From NCBI GenBank assembly GCA_051294375.1, contig CM119269.1, positions 16,233,010 to 16,297,009 of the forward strand: DNA of 64,000 nt, written 5' to 3'. Below the pieces are notes generated by a model. It worked only from the letters and a program-made list of their open reading frames with translations, did no database searches and had not been told where the DNA came from. Source of the stretch: Paraspadella gotoi. Taxonomy: Eukaryota > Animalia > Chaetognatha. This document shows, piece by piece, positions 1 to 13,895 of this stretch; position 1 is the first letter of the stretch; the number at the start of each line of letters is the position of its first letter. The position numbers were made by a program, and so were the translations under genes.

Positions 1-697
1 GGTTAAAAAAATATCTATCACTGAAAACCTGATAGGCAAAGTTAAAAAGGTTATCTTAAACCGATTACGTAGGTGATTTTGATTTTTCTTACTTGAAAAT
101 TGAATAGAAATTTATTTGAATAGAAGGAATATTTTTTTTGTTCTTATTTACCAAAGCTTTAATGGTATTGTGCACAAGTTTTTGTGGTCACAGCGCTGGG
201 GCAGTTCAAATTTAGAAGAGATAACGAAGCGGCGAGGGATGGAACTTTACGCTGCAGCTGCAGCGTCTTCCAAAACCTTCACCCAACAGCTGCCCATCTG
301 CGCTAAGCTGGTTTTTAAGCGAGTTTTCATCTAGTAAGATGATCGAACTTATGATTATGTAAATTACATATTTTTCATCTTTACATTATCAAAACGGTTA
401 TTTTATCCGTTAGCATAGGCATTATCTTTATTTGTCTAGGGCTTAAATGTATTTTCATAATTTTAAATATTGCTAATTTTTAAATTTAGAACATAAGTAA
501 TTTTTAAAAAACAATAATTTCTCTAACGTATTAACGTTTTACAACATTTGTATATTGTATGCGATTTTATAAAATTTATAATAATAAAATATACATATAT
601 ATATTTTTTTTAATCGTAAAAATAAAAAATTATTTAAATAATATATATTAAAATGAAGTAAATTTTGAATTAAGGTAAGAAAGCACTGTTGGTTAGA

Positions 698-736
<39 letters not shown>

Positions 737-1075
737 TTTTCACAACTATTTGAGTTTTTGATTTGAGTCCTAAACAAGGATTCGTTTGGATGCAGGTCAG
801 ATTCGACAAAGGGAAAAGTGACCTCAAGCTCGAGAACCCCAGACTCGTGCCCCCTTTTTCTTTCCCGCCCGCGGAGTTCTTTTCTTTTTTCTCTTTCTTT
901 CTTTCTTTTTCCTTTTCACAATTCTTTACCTTTTTTTCTTATTGTCGAAAGGTGTTCCTCCCCCAAATTCTTTCTCCTTCGTGTTTTTCTCGATGGTTCT
1001 CTGAGCAGCTCGAATGCGAACTTGAGTGGAGGCCCATTTCGCCCGATTACAAACGTTTCAAAGACTTTAACCACG

Positions 1076-1128
<53 letters not shown>

Positions 1129-1453
1129 ACACACCCTCCCATCGGAAAAGATTTTCACTAAGATATTACAACAAAAGCTTTGGACGTCTCGTCCAGCGAC
1201 CGTGAACGTTTCGCAGGACTTATGATATCCGACTGACTCGGAGATTTATGCAATTTTAATCTTATATCTATCATTTGATTCAAATCGTCGATTCATGAAA
1301 GAAATTCTGAATTCCGCGACGTGAATGGAGAGAGAGAATGAGAGAGAGAGAGAGAGAGCTGCGGACAAACAATCATCTCAAAGATCTGAGCGATTATGTC
1401 ACAAATCACAACTCATTCACAAATCTGAGCTCGACGCCGCTTATCACGTCTTT

Positions 1454-1519
<66 letters not shown>

Positions 1520-4322
1520 TTATTTTATTTTTAAAATTTTCGTCTACGATTTCGAAAACAGCGTGAGCGAATTGTACGCATTTGGGATTATTTCTTCTTT
1601 TAATTTAACTTTAATTTAACAGGGTTGAAAGAGTATATTTGTAGTTGAAATAAATTAAAATAACTCGGACTTTTAATTCGGTAAAAAGGAAGGAAAACGG
1701 ATTTCAATCATATGATAATTACTACTGGTTACCAGATTTGTTAGAAGTGTGATATCAGGTTTGATGATTAAGATTATTGTGATGATGATAATTACGAAAT
1801 AATTATAAACGGAAAATGATACTGATAAAAATAAGATGGACTCTAAAATATCCGCTCAGCAACTGATTAGAATTTTTCGATTAAATGCTACTTCTTTTAA
1901 AAATATTTGACTTATTATAGCGCTATGAGTATGATGTCTCATATCTGTTCCGAAATCTTTCGAAACTAAATCTTTTCGCTTGTGCGTAATTTTTTTAATA
2001 ACTTTCGTCTCATTTTACTCACGTTTTAAAAGATTGAAATACAAATTTTTTTACTTGTTTTTTCTTCTTTTTTTTGCAGTCTTTTTATTTATATTCTTTT
2101 GTATTATTCGTCATAATTAAATTCTAATAATAATTATGATAATTCTATTGATATTCCACCTTCCAGTAGATATGCTCCGTTGTTAACCCGAATCCTTCAT
2201 TGTCTTCTCATATCTTCCAACTTTTTTTTCTTTTCTTTTTTCTTTTTTTTTTTTTTTTTTTGAATTTCTCCTCTCTTCCTCTTCCTCTTTACTGTGGCTT
2301 CTGATTTCAATTGACGACTCACAAATTTGATATCTTATTATCAGGTGATTCTTTTGTGTCATGCGGACAAAAGGCGCTTCCGGTGGCGCCGCCTATTGAT
2401 CCAAAAAGAGCCTCGATATCGATAATCCGCCATCTTGGATTTGAGGCATCGATAAAATTATAAACTGGGGAAATATTATACCTTTCGGATTTCGTTAAAT
2501 CATATATTCTCTGACAGAATTTTGTAAATAACGAAGATGATGAATTTGAGTGTCGTCGGCACAGATGTTTTCTTCATAAAAGTAATGTTGAAGTCAGTAT
2601 CCTTTACTAACAAACAACTGGCTACGCAAGAAATATAAGATCTCCATCATAAAAACCACCAAAGTCTGTCCAAAGTCAGGGGCAAAATAGCTTATTTATT
2701 AAATGAATGGATAATTTTTATATTGGTTGTATCAATTTCATTACATTGTTTTCTTTAAAGTTAATATCGACTGCGGAAGTTGTACAAGAGCATGACGACA
2801 AATTCGAAAGATGTCAAATACGTTTGATTCCGGATTCGTCGACGCAACGGCGTCTCAATCGAGGCGCCCGTCTTCCGGCGCCGTCGATCCTCCTACCGTA
2901 GCATCACTCTTTCCTTCATTGCTCCGCAACACTACCCCCATCCACCGCCGCGTATCACTCCTTCGCGCACCGCCGCGTGTCACCGCTTTCCACGGCCGCC
3001 TTGGTTGCGCGCGCTCCCCCCGTGCCACGGGGTCGTCCTGTCACGCCTCTCTCCGCCGCGCGTGAATTATGAATCGTGAAAAACATTTTTCATTTGAAAA
3101 AAAAAAGGAAAAAAAAAAGTCCTCTTCCGGTTGGCGGTGTGAAAGCGATAGGGGGGAGCGATTGGGAGAGATGAGGAGTGAAAAGGGGTGGTGGTAATGT
3201 GGTGAAGTAGGGTTGTGAGAGACTGGGTGGAGTGAGGGTTTAAGGAATGTGAGGTGACATGGTTGTAAGTCGTAATAATTTTCTAAGTCACGGAAGTCAA
3301 TGCGCGATGCGTGACAATTAGTAGAATTAAAGTAGAATTAAATATTGCGTCAGAAATAATGAAAGATGTAAAAAATTGATTGCGTTGGAATTTAGTTTAT
3401 TTTAAATCCAGTGATCGAGCAAAAAAAAATATAGCGAAGGGGAGAACCGAAGAAGCGAAGGAGGCGTGTGGGGAATAACCGGTAATATGGGGCGGGGGAG
3501 GATCGGAGGGGGGGGGAAGAGCGATGGGACGAGACAAAGAATGCGACGACCGGAAACGACTGAGATGACTGAGGCAGGGAACGGCGAAGGTAGGTAAGGT
3601 ACGGTAAAGTACGGTAAGGTAAGTATCGCGAAGTTAGTGAAGTGAAAAGTAGAGGAATTAAGGGCGGGGCGAGTAATTATTGGGGTAAGTTAGGGACAAC
3701 AAGAGAAAAGTGAGAGTGCAGTGGGCGTGGCGGGGTAAGTTTTTTTGAAAAAAAAGTCTGCGGCTGAACCGGAAGTAAAAGGAAAAAAAAAAAGAAAGAA
3801 AGAAAGAAAAGAAGCGTCTCTTTCATCTTTTCCGTCGTCGGTTCAAGTTCATGAAACAAGATCACTGCTGACGATGTGATTCAAGGGATCCGCCGAGGAA
3901 GAGTGATGGCTTCTGCGAGGGCGTTGGGTGAGGATGCGGGGGTGGGGGGTGGGGAGGGGTGGTGAGTGGGGTGAGGACCGAGGAGGATGAGGAAGAGGAT
4001 GAGAATTTTTAGATGAAGAATGAAACCGGAAAGTTTCATGCAGAGGGATGGGGATTATATATATATGACTTATATATATATATATGACTTATAAGTATAT
4101 AGAGAGATGTTGATGAAACATTGAGGTTTTGGGTGGTTCGGTGGTTAATGTTGTGGTCGAGTGGTTTGGTGAGGGGGTTTTTGTTGGGAGGGGGAGAAGG
4201 GAGGCGTGGAGTGGGGGTTGTGGAGGACGAGACTCGAGTCGAGAGATCTCCAAGAAGAAAAGTCTGATTCCGATTTTAAAAATTTAAAAGTCGGAATTTT
4301 TGAAGGGAAATCGCGGTCGAGA

Positions 4323-4404
<82 letters not shown>

Positions 4405-7400
4405 AGAGAGAGAGAGCCGAGCCCCATTGTTTCCATCCCGAAATTCGTAATCAGAGAGGAGATGATGTGACTCAAGAAGCGAAAAGGTTTGGGTCGCAGT
4501 TTGAGGCCATCGAGATTTTTCGGGTGAAAGTAGAGAGAGATGGAGTTCACAGCGCTCTCAGAAATCACATATAATTTTTTGGTCGTAGTAGTTCAGTCTT
4601 CACGCTTTACAAAAGTAAAAAATACAATGTTCGTTCAGGATACGGCGATTAGTGAAAGTGGCCAAAAAGATTAGATTTTCTCTCTTCCTAATGTTAATTT
4701 TTGTTTGTAACCTCTTTATTGTTTGTTTCTTTTAATCTTATTATGAGGAAATAACAATTACAAGGCGCTGATTTTTATAAATCTTATTACTAAACACCAA
4801 ACATCATGATCTTAAAAAATCATGGCTCCTTAATATCATTCTTGCTTGTAAAATGACAAATGAAACGATTCATGAAAACGTCTCTTAAACCTTTCCCGGA
4901 CTCCAGCTACTCTCAAGACTCATCGCTCGAGTTGGCAAGTAATAATAACAACAACAGCAAAAACTATTGCTCAAGGAAAACAGAGAAAGAATAACCTCAA
5001 TAAGAAAAGAAAGCGAAAAAAAAAAAATAGTCGTGTGGCCCTCGACTTGTTGCCGCTTTCCAACGTGACTCGTCCTCCGCAGCCGCCGTCCGCCGCGTCC
5101 GCCGCGGCAGCCGCAGCCGCCGCTGTTTGGAATGAAATTGTCATTTTGAACTTGGATGGAAACTGGGACAACGAGGGCTGCCGAGGTTTCCTACCCCCGG
5201 CGGGTTGAGGTTGAAAAGGGAGACGCCGGCGGAGGCAGGTGAAGGAGTTAGAGTGGAGGGTAGGGATGAAAAAAAAAGAGGGGTGGAGGAAAGGGGGGTA
5301 GGAGGGGAAGATAGGAGAGTAAAGAGAAGAAAAGAGATATAGAAAATAAAGACGGAAGAAAAAGTGATTCATCGTGAGAAGAGAAAGGAAGTTGTATTAG
5401 ATAGAAATGCCTGCAGGAACTAAAAAGGAGGGAAAAGTCGAAAGAGAGTCATGGACTTTTTCTGTTCACAGTTTCTCTTATTTTGTTATTAATAGTATTA
5501 TTTGATCATTTTATTCGTTGATTCTATTATTTTTATAAAACAGTTTATCGTTGTACCATTATTTTATAACTGAAATAGATATCCGCTCAAATCGCGTGGG
5601 CAATTAAGAAAAGAATCTATTTCTCAGAAATTTTCTTGATTCGTCTTAATAAAGAATCGGACTTCACAATTAAAAAGATTCACACAACCAACCGTGCTAC
5701 GTTATCGTCTTGTTTCTTTTTTTTTTTTAAAGCTTAACTCCGCGCAACACCTAGCTTTTCTCTCGCTTCCCATTGGACGACGACCCCTCGTGCTCGTCGT
5801 CGATTGGCGGAGAGACTCGACTCCAAAAGCCAATTAGGTGACTCTTCGTCGTCGGCGCTGATTGGCCGGCGAAGTTTTTCCAGGAATGTCGTCGAGGCGA
5901 CGCGTGACATCTGTGTTACGTCCCAGGCGTGAATGAGGGGGAAGATGCCACCTGATCGCACCCGACGAGCCTCGCGGCGCGAAGACGACCTCGAGGCGCC
6001 TGGTTTGTTTTTTTTTTTTTCTTTTTGCGGTGCCTGGAACGCCCCTCGACTCTATTTGACATTTAAATGACCTTCAGAGGTTGGAAACACTTTTTTTTCG
6101 TTCTTGTCAGTTTACTTTAACATAGATCTGATAGAGACAGTGCCGAAGATCAGCTTACTTAACCGACCGCGCGAAACTTAACACAAACGGGGCGACAATA
6201 TCTGGCCTGACTTCTCCGTGCCCACCCGTTTCCACGGCGCCTGATCCTCTAACCTTCGACGATAAGTGTGTCGATGCCAAAAGGGATTTTCTTTGTCGTC
6301 GTTGAGGTGATGAGGTAGCGTTTCTCGCCTAAAAAGTATTCTCAAATTATATTACTAATGAAATCCTTAAAATCACTAATGATAGAGAGTCTTCATTGCG
6401 AATTAGCATTTCCTTTAGTTTAGAAGTAGATTCGCCTGATGAGAGCGCAATTTTCTCGCGGCGCCTCGACGCTAAATTTTTGCGCCAAATTGGGCGCCAA
6501 ATCGTCTAATCGAGGCCGTAAATCGAGCCACTAACTCGCCCAATCTTTTGAAGCAAAATATATAAAGAATGTACATTGTAGAATGTAAAATATAGAAAAA
6601 GAAAAGTCGCGGGGGATGACTTTGTAATTTGTATCTCGATTTCGCCCAATCCTCGGTTTTAAAGTTTTTAAAGTGAAAAGCGTCGAATTAGAAAGAAGAG
6701 TTTTCTTTTTGTAACTTTTCTTCGTTCACGTCTTTTGTCGTCGTCGTCTTCGTCGTCGTTATCGTCGTCGTCGGAAATAAAATAGGGGAGCCATAACTCG
6801 CGGCGAAAAGACTCCGCAGGGATCCTTTTATGGGCTACGAGGTGCCTTCGGAGATAACGCCTCGGACCCGGACCGGTTAGAACCGGCGCGGTCCGCCAAC
6901 GAGCGCCGCACGTAACGCCCGGCCAACGGCGCCCCGCGTTGCGGCGTTGGGGGACGACGCCGGTTTTTTTTTTTAAGGGAGGTCGAGACGACGCCGAGGT
7001 TGAAGGTGAGAAGAGTTTAGACAAAGTGACCCCAGAGCCGGAAATTTTTTTTCTCTATCTTACGAGCGGAGCGGCGTCGGGGCCAGGCTGTTTTAAATTT
7101 TTAAAGATTTATCGTAGGTTTAAGTTTGTTAGAATAAAAAAGATTTACAGATCTTTGAGGATGACCTACTTAGTAATATATAGAATATAATATAGTGACC
7201 GAACTATCAAAGCAGTTCTCGCATCATTTTCTTGGAATGTTTCCCTCAGATCCCTACGAGCAGAAGCGATTGCCTTTTGTTTTAAATTCAATTTTTTGAA
7301 TTGCAACTAGAAATTTAAAAGTGAGCGCCGTTTTAAAACTGCGGAAATTTAAGGAAGTCGATTTAAAAAAAAACAAGTGAACACATTTTTTTTATTTCTC

Positions 7401-8031
7401 AGCCGACTTAGAGAGTCAACCTATAACCTTTAATGATAGCATACATAATTTTGTCACTTTTTATTTAATTTAGCACAATAAACATGTTTTTCTGAATTTT
7501 TCATACTCGCGTTAACACTCCTCAGTCCTCATAAAGATGAATCGATCCTTATGTTTCAAAAAATAAAATTAGAATTAATAAATAGTTAAAATGCAATAAA
7601 TAAATGCAATAAATAAATGCAATATACTCTCAACTTTTATTCTTAAACGTTTCTATCTCCTTACCTTTTCTTTTTTCTTTTCCTTCTTTTTTTTCTTCTC
7701 GTCAGTGTTGTTTCGTGTTTCCGTTCCTCCAATCCTTCTTTCCTCTACACGTTTGGCAGGTGATCGCTTCCACCGCAATTTAGTTTTGAACTTTCAACTC
7801 GAAGGAATGAATTGGAAACCGAAATTGATTTCCTCCTCCTCCTCTTCCTCCTCCGATTCTCACGTCGAACTTTTTTTTTCGATTTTTTTTAATTTTCTTT
7901 TTTTTTCACTTTTTGACTGTAAAATTTTTTTTTCTCACTGACGTACATAACACATAACATGACACATTGTGACTCGATAAGATCCCTATGTTTGAGTTAC
8001 TATGTAGAGAATATTGTGGGAACGTTCAATT

Positions 8032-9702
8032 TAGAGCTCCCAGAAATACCATGCATTTTTGAAAAGTTCCTGATACCTGCAAAGTTTCTTGTGCCAAATT
8101 TAATGGAGAACACGAATATCACAAAAAATTTCCCTGAATGCTCTTGATGGATTTTCCACGCCAGTTTTTGCGTCGTACCACTTCCGGTTTTAAAAAATAA
8201 GGATTTTTGGAAAAAATGAGCTGTTATTCAGCCAGCATACTTAAATTAATCAAAATAAAGTTATTAATAACCTTATTACTATATTTTTGTTGTGGTTTTT
8301 AAAATAAGGTTAAAAAATTAATATTAAGAAAGACTTCAAATTAAAAATTATTAGTTTTTTTTAAGCCAAATCGTCCCTGACCAAATTACTCTACAAATTC
8401 TAATAAGATTGTATAAGAAAGTATGATTTGGTTATATAAATAGAACTCTCTAAGGGATTTTAAAATATTAATCCTTAAGCCAAGATATTGCCTTTAAAGG
8501 TTTGCCAAATGAGACAAAAAGAAAGCAGGCAAATTAGATAAAAGGCGCCCTAGGCCTTTGTGGCTAGCAAGCCTCCCACTCAACCTTAACCCTAAACCTC
8601 TCTCCCAACCAAAACCTTAGTCTAGGCCTTATATTCATTTGCAAGCCTCAAATCTAGTACAAGCTTATAACAAGATTAAGTATTGTGATATTGCAATTTG
8701 GACAGGCTAGAAAAGGACAGGAAAGCTTGGGTTAGGGTTAGGGAAAGTACTGGGGAAGGAAATTAAGAAATTAAAATTTAGCCTTATGATGGCCGGGAAG
8801 CAGGGATGCCTGAGTTGAGGCTCAGAGGTGAACCTCAGGCTGATGTGAGGGTTGGTGGAGAGGCTCTGGAGTGATGAGGCTAGGGTTCTGGCATGAATAT
8901 AATACAGGAGGCCTAGGGTAGGGTTAGGGCTAAGGAAGTGGCTCTCTGCAGATTTCACCAGCCAGGGAAACTGGTGAGGGTTTAGGGTTAAGGTTGAGCA
9001 GGAAGTACATGAGCTTGGGTTAAGGTTAGGGGAAAGGCTGCTCGGGTAAGACAAAAAGCTCACGTTAGGGTTAGGGCTAGGTTAAATATCCAAGCCAGGG
9101 AAACTGATTAAGATTAAGGTTTTGTTTAGGGCCCGGTTTAGGGTAAGGGTTGAGTGAGAGGCTTGCTAGCTGCAAAGGCTAAATTGCCTTCCATCTAATT
9201 CGCTACTATTTTGCCATCACTTGTAATCTTTTTAAAAGCCAATCATCTTAGTTTAAAGATTAAAGATTTAAAATCCTAGACATTTTAATTTTTTTAACCA
9301 GATAGTAAATTTTATTAAAATTAGTAAAGTAGTTTGGTTTCAGGGCCAATTTGGCTTAAAAAGAATTATGAAGTTTTAAACTTGACGCCTTTTTGTAATA
9401 ATATATTTTATAACCTTATTTATAAACTAATATAAAAATGTAATATTAAGGTTATTGGTAACTTTATTTTGATTAATTTAAGTATGCTGGCTGAATAACA
9501 AGCTTATTTATGTTCCAAAAACCCTGAATTTTTTAAAACCGGAAGTGCTTCAAACGCAAAAACTGGCGTGGAAAATCCATAATGAGGCATCCAGGAAAAT
9601 TTTTATTGTGATATTCGTTTTTCTCCAACTAAATTTGGCACAAGAAACTTCGCAGGTATCAGGAAACTTTTCCATAAATGTATGATATTTCTGGGACCTC
9701 TA
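8032..9702. mobile_element. Foldback element with about 570-bp imperfect inverted arms and a TTAGGG-rich centre (Mutator-like or hAT-like, non-autonomous)
   Basis: 8032-8600 is the reverse complement of about 9135-9702 (e.g. TTATTCAGCCAGCATACTTAAATTAATCAAAATAAAGTTA vs TAACTTTATTTTGATTAATTTAAGTATGCTGGCTGAATAA). The ends are TAGAG...CTCTA, with a degenerate flanking direct repeat ACGTTCAAT/ACGTTCAT. Confidence 0.85.
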
Positions 9703-11046
9703 ACGTTCATAAATTTGAGAAAAGATTCGTCAATTCACGAGATGCCCCTTATCCAGTTCCAACTTCAAAGTCACCATGTTAAATACTGGGTGAATGAGAG
9801 CGCGTTAAAGATTAGTTTAGTTTATTGACTCTTAGTTTAGTTTATTGACTCTTCCCATCTCTAATTATGTAATTATTCATTTTTTAGCCACTAAAGTCAC
9901 TAATTCTTATTTAGCCTATTATGTTTCACTTTTCTTGGTACTACATTCTCTTTTTCTTTTTAGCTTTCTTCTCTTTTCCTATCTCCCTCCGTTCGCCTTC
10001 TTCTCTTTCTTTTTCTTTCTGCCCAACCTTGTCCTTCGAAAACAAGCTTATCTCGTCCCTTTCTACTAACCACTCACTCGCCCACCCACTCCTCCCCCTC
10101 AACCACTCCACCCACCCACACCACCCACCACCCACCGCCTCCATTATCGCGCCATCTGGAAAAAGGTGACCGGATTCGTTGAAGATGAAAATAGATGAGG
10201 TAAGCATAAGAGAAGAAAAGGGTTGAGCGAAAGGGAAGGGGGCGGCGGCGTCTGGACAAGGTAAGCGCCGAGAGAAAAGGTAAGGCGAGGGTGCGTGAGA
10301 CGGATGGAAAAGTCGCTGGGATAAATTGATATCGGAATCTTGAGACATGCGTCTTTTCTTTTTTGTGGGGGGAGTGAAGGCGGGGGATGAAATGATGGGG
10401 TGTGAATGTAGTGTGAATAGAGAGGAAGAATGAGAGGATGAGTTGTGTCGTCGATGTGGTGGTGGTCGTCGTCGTCGTCGTCGTTGTCGTCTATAAGTCT
10501 GCGTAGACATTTTCCGCTTCCGTAGTTCAGACTTCGGCGCACCTTTTCTTCTTCGCTTAAATTACTTTTACTCAACTTGAATCGTTGTCCTCACATATTT
10601 TAGTTATTTCTCTGATTTTTTTGAATCAATTTAGAGAAACATGAATTCACTGGAGAAACCGAAACATATACGCCTTGTTAAGTATATAAATGTTACGTAA
10701 TAGTTACGTATTGAAAAAAAAAACTGATTTTCGACGTCGTGGGTTTAAAACTTATCAAGTATGAAAAGCGCAAACAAAACGTGACAAACTAATCTATACC
10801 ATCCCACACTAACTCCCAAGTTACCACGCAACCCCCCCCCCAAAAAAAAAAGTATTTGAAAGTAAACGGAAAGACTTGAATTCGGCGGAAACGGAAGGAA
10901 AAAAAAGTAAAGAAAAAAAAGAAAGTTGGAATGTGGTTTTGATGAATTGGAGGAATCCACTGGAAGAGAAGGTCACTTCAATGGGTTCAACCAATCTTGT
11001 TTCTGGGCAAATTTAAGATTTTTTTTTCTTTCTCTCTCTCTCTGCT

Positions 11047-11116
<70 letters not shown>

Positions 11117-12247
11117 CTCTCTCTCATCTTTTTTTTTCTTTCTGCTTTTTTTTCTTTCTCCCGTCACTCTCTCTTTTCTCCCTTTTTTTTCTCCGTGCCA
11201 CTCGAAATCGGTGATTTCTCACTTCAATCTCTTTCTTAGCTTTCTTTCTTTTTTTCTTACTTTCCTACCTCTGTCTGTCTTTCTTTCTTTCTTTCCCTCA
11301 TTCCCTCTCTCCCCTCCTTCCCTGGTTCCGGAGGTGTTTTAAAAGGGGTCCTAAAACCTTTTTTGTCAGACGAGAAATCCTTTTCTTAAAAAAAGTCACT
11401 GGTTGTGGCGGACATTTTTTTTTTTCGCGTTGTCGGCGGCTAAAATGAGTGATTTTGTCTCAACTATTTTCGACGTGATTTGAAAGCGGGGTCGACGAAG
11501 TCATAGTGAGACAGTGAGACACTCACGCTTCCACCTTCACCACCCCCCCCCGTGCAGCCCTCACTTTCTCACAAATCTCAAAACCCACTTTGCAGCAAGA
11601 TGCTACAAATTATGAACGAGCAACGTTCTTTTCGCAGTCTTACAAAATAGAATAAAAGGCAAACAAACTGTTTGGGGGCCACGACTTTTTTCAAAATCCA
11701 AATGGAGTCACACTATATGTATAGCCTTAATAAAAATTCCGAAGTAGTGAAATTTAAATCTTTTTTTTTTCTTCACGCTCCACCAAATATGACTTTCTTT
11801 CGCACCGTAACCCTCACAATATTTTTTTAAAGAGCATATGGTGGCCTAGTAACTCCTAAGCCCAAGCACTTAAAAATGGATGTACATAGAAGAGTCCTCA
11901 AACGGCTTTAGAGTTTAGAGACAGATGTTCTAAAACCGTCGCTTAAGTTGTGCAAAATTTAATTTTCACCATTAGTTAATTTTCAAAAAATATGGGTCAA
12001 ATTTCGCGGTTACTCACGGACTTTCGACGCTCGCGAGTGACGCACTCAGACGACGCCGAATTCTTCATTGTCGTCGTCGTCGTCGTCGTCGCCTTTGACC
12101 TTACGCCTTTTGTTTTTGCTCATCCACAAATGGCGGCAGATGCGGCGTCAAATTTGGCGCTGCGAACGCGGAATTACGCGATGGGCAGTTGGCACGGCAG
12201 GAACGTTTCCGTGAAAATGAATATTCGATGCTGCAATCCTCCTCAAA

Positions 12248-12300
<53 letters not shown>

Positions 12301-13026
12301 CTCTCTCTCTCGTCTCTCTCCCTCTCGGTTCTCTCTCTCTGCTCTGCTTTCAGTTCCCTTCATGACCCACTTAGTGAGCGACTAATCATACTCTCGTTCT
12401 ACTTTTTTTTATCTCCTTAATTTTTTCCTCCCTAAGCTTAATGAGTTGACCAATGCAAAAAAAGAAAAATAAATGGAGCTTTTAAAATTCTAAAACAAAA
12501 ATAACACGAAAAAACAGCGACCAAAAAGGGAGAGATTTTAAATACAATATGGAGCTATAAGAAGAAAAGTACGTAAAGGTGTACGTCTATGTATTCAAGA
12601 CTGTTTTCCTAAACTACGGAATATATAGATCATGATATAGACTATATTGGTTTATTTCTCACTGTTTACGTCTGTCTTTTCGAGTCGAAGCGGTTTTTTG
12701 CAATTTTTTATGAAATGAACAAAAGATGAATTTTTTTCTTTTTGGTCGTGAGAAAGCTCGTGATTCTGATAAACCGTTCACGGTTTTCGTCGCTTCACAG
12801 TGACCTCATTTTTTTTTAAACATTGAATTTTTTTGCCCAAAGAACAATTTATTATGTATTATTACATCGTGACGATATACAGCAGTTTCAACTGGCGACA
12901 ACATTTCGCCCAGAAGCAACAGAAATATCGGTTAATAAATGTTCAACTTGATTCAATAACTTGAATAGCGAACTAATAAGTGCAATATCTTTAATCCTAG
13001 ATTTCCTCGCCAAAAAATCCAGATAT

Positions 13027-13252
13027 TATGGCAACGGGGAGACATGTGCGATTCCCTGGCGTTCAGGGGTTTGGACGTGCAGTGACCACCCCATGTCACT
13101 GGCGTGTTTATGCCGACACCATCACACTTTAACCAGCGTGACCGTGAGGGAATTGAAGCCGGAACTCAGGGTTGGTGAACGAGCTGTCCAAACCAATGGG
13201 ACGAACTGAGTTTCACCAAACTATACGGGAGGCGAATTTCGGACTCGCCACT
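13027..13252 (-). mobile_element. Structured solo-LTR-like element, family A
   Basis: It is the reverse complement of the 30713 copy over most of its length, with a perfect 4-bp TSD ATAT. Confidence 0.8.
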
Positions 13253-13895
13253 ATATACTAATTTGATGGCCTTAAAGCCGACATCCATTCGCGGCGGTCA
13301 TCGGTGAAGGAGCAAAGCAAATCATTCTTCGGGCTTTTTCTGCTACAATCGTTGCGAGATTGTAAATAAATTTTTTCGATGTCCTACATTGAGCGCTCAT
13401 GAATTTAGAACAGTTGGCTTAGCGAAGAAGTTGCCTATTTTACTTCCCCCTCCTCCCCTTTCCGGAGAGTGCGAGACGAGAGGAGAGAGAGAGAGAGAAG
13501 AGGAAAGAGAGAGAGAGAGAGAGAGTATATTTAAAAGAATCCACATTTAGAAGATGTGATGAAAATCACAGTTAGAATGAATAGAAATGATAGGTTCGCT
13601 GGTAATAAACTTGTAAATGGCGAAATATTGTACAAATGTCGCTGTCTCGTCCTTTTTCTCCATAATTCCCGATTTCAACTTCTTTTTTCTTTCTCCATCT
13701 TCTTCTCTTTTTTTTTAAAGAGAATATTTCTATGTCTTTTCTTACTTTTTCTTTCACTTTGTTTTTCCCTCCTCTCTCACCATTTCACAACTCATATTTC
13801 TCACATCTATTCCAAATTACAACCATTTTTAGTTGTCACTTCACATTCTATCGCTTCAAGTCATTTCTTAGAAATATAAGACCTAAAGTTCCGTC

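Noticed and set aside
8720-9150. True telomere or chromosome-fusion scar
   Set aside because: The repeats are short, degenerate and enclosed within transposon-like inverted arms.
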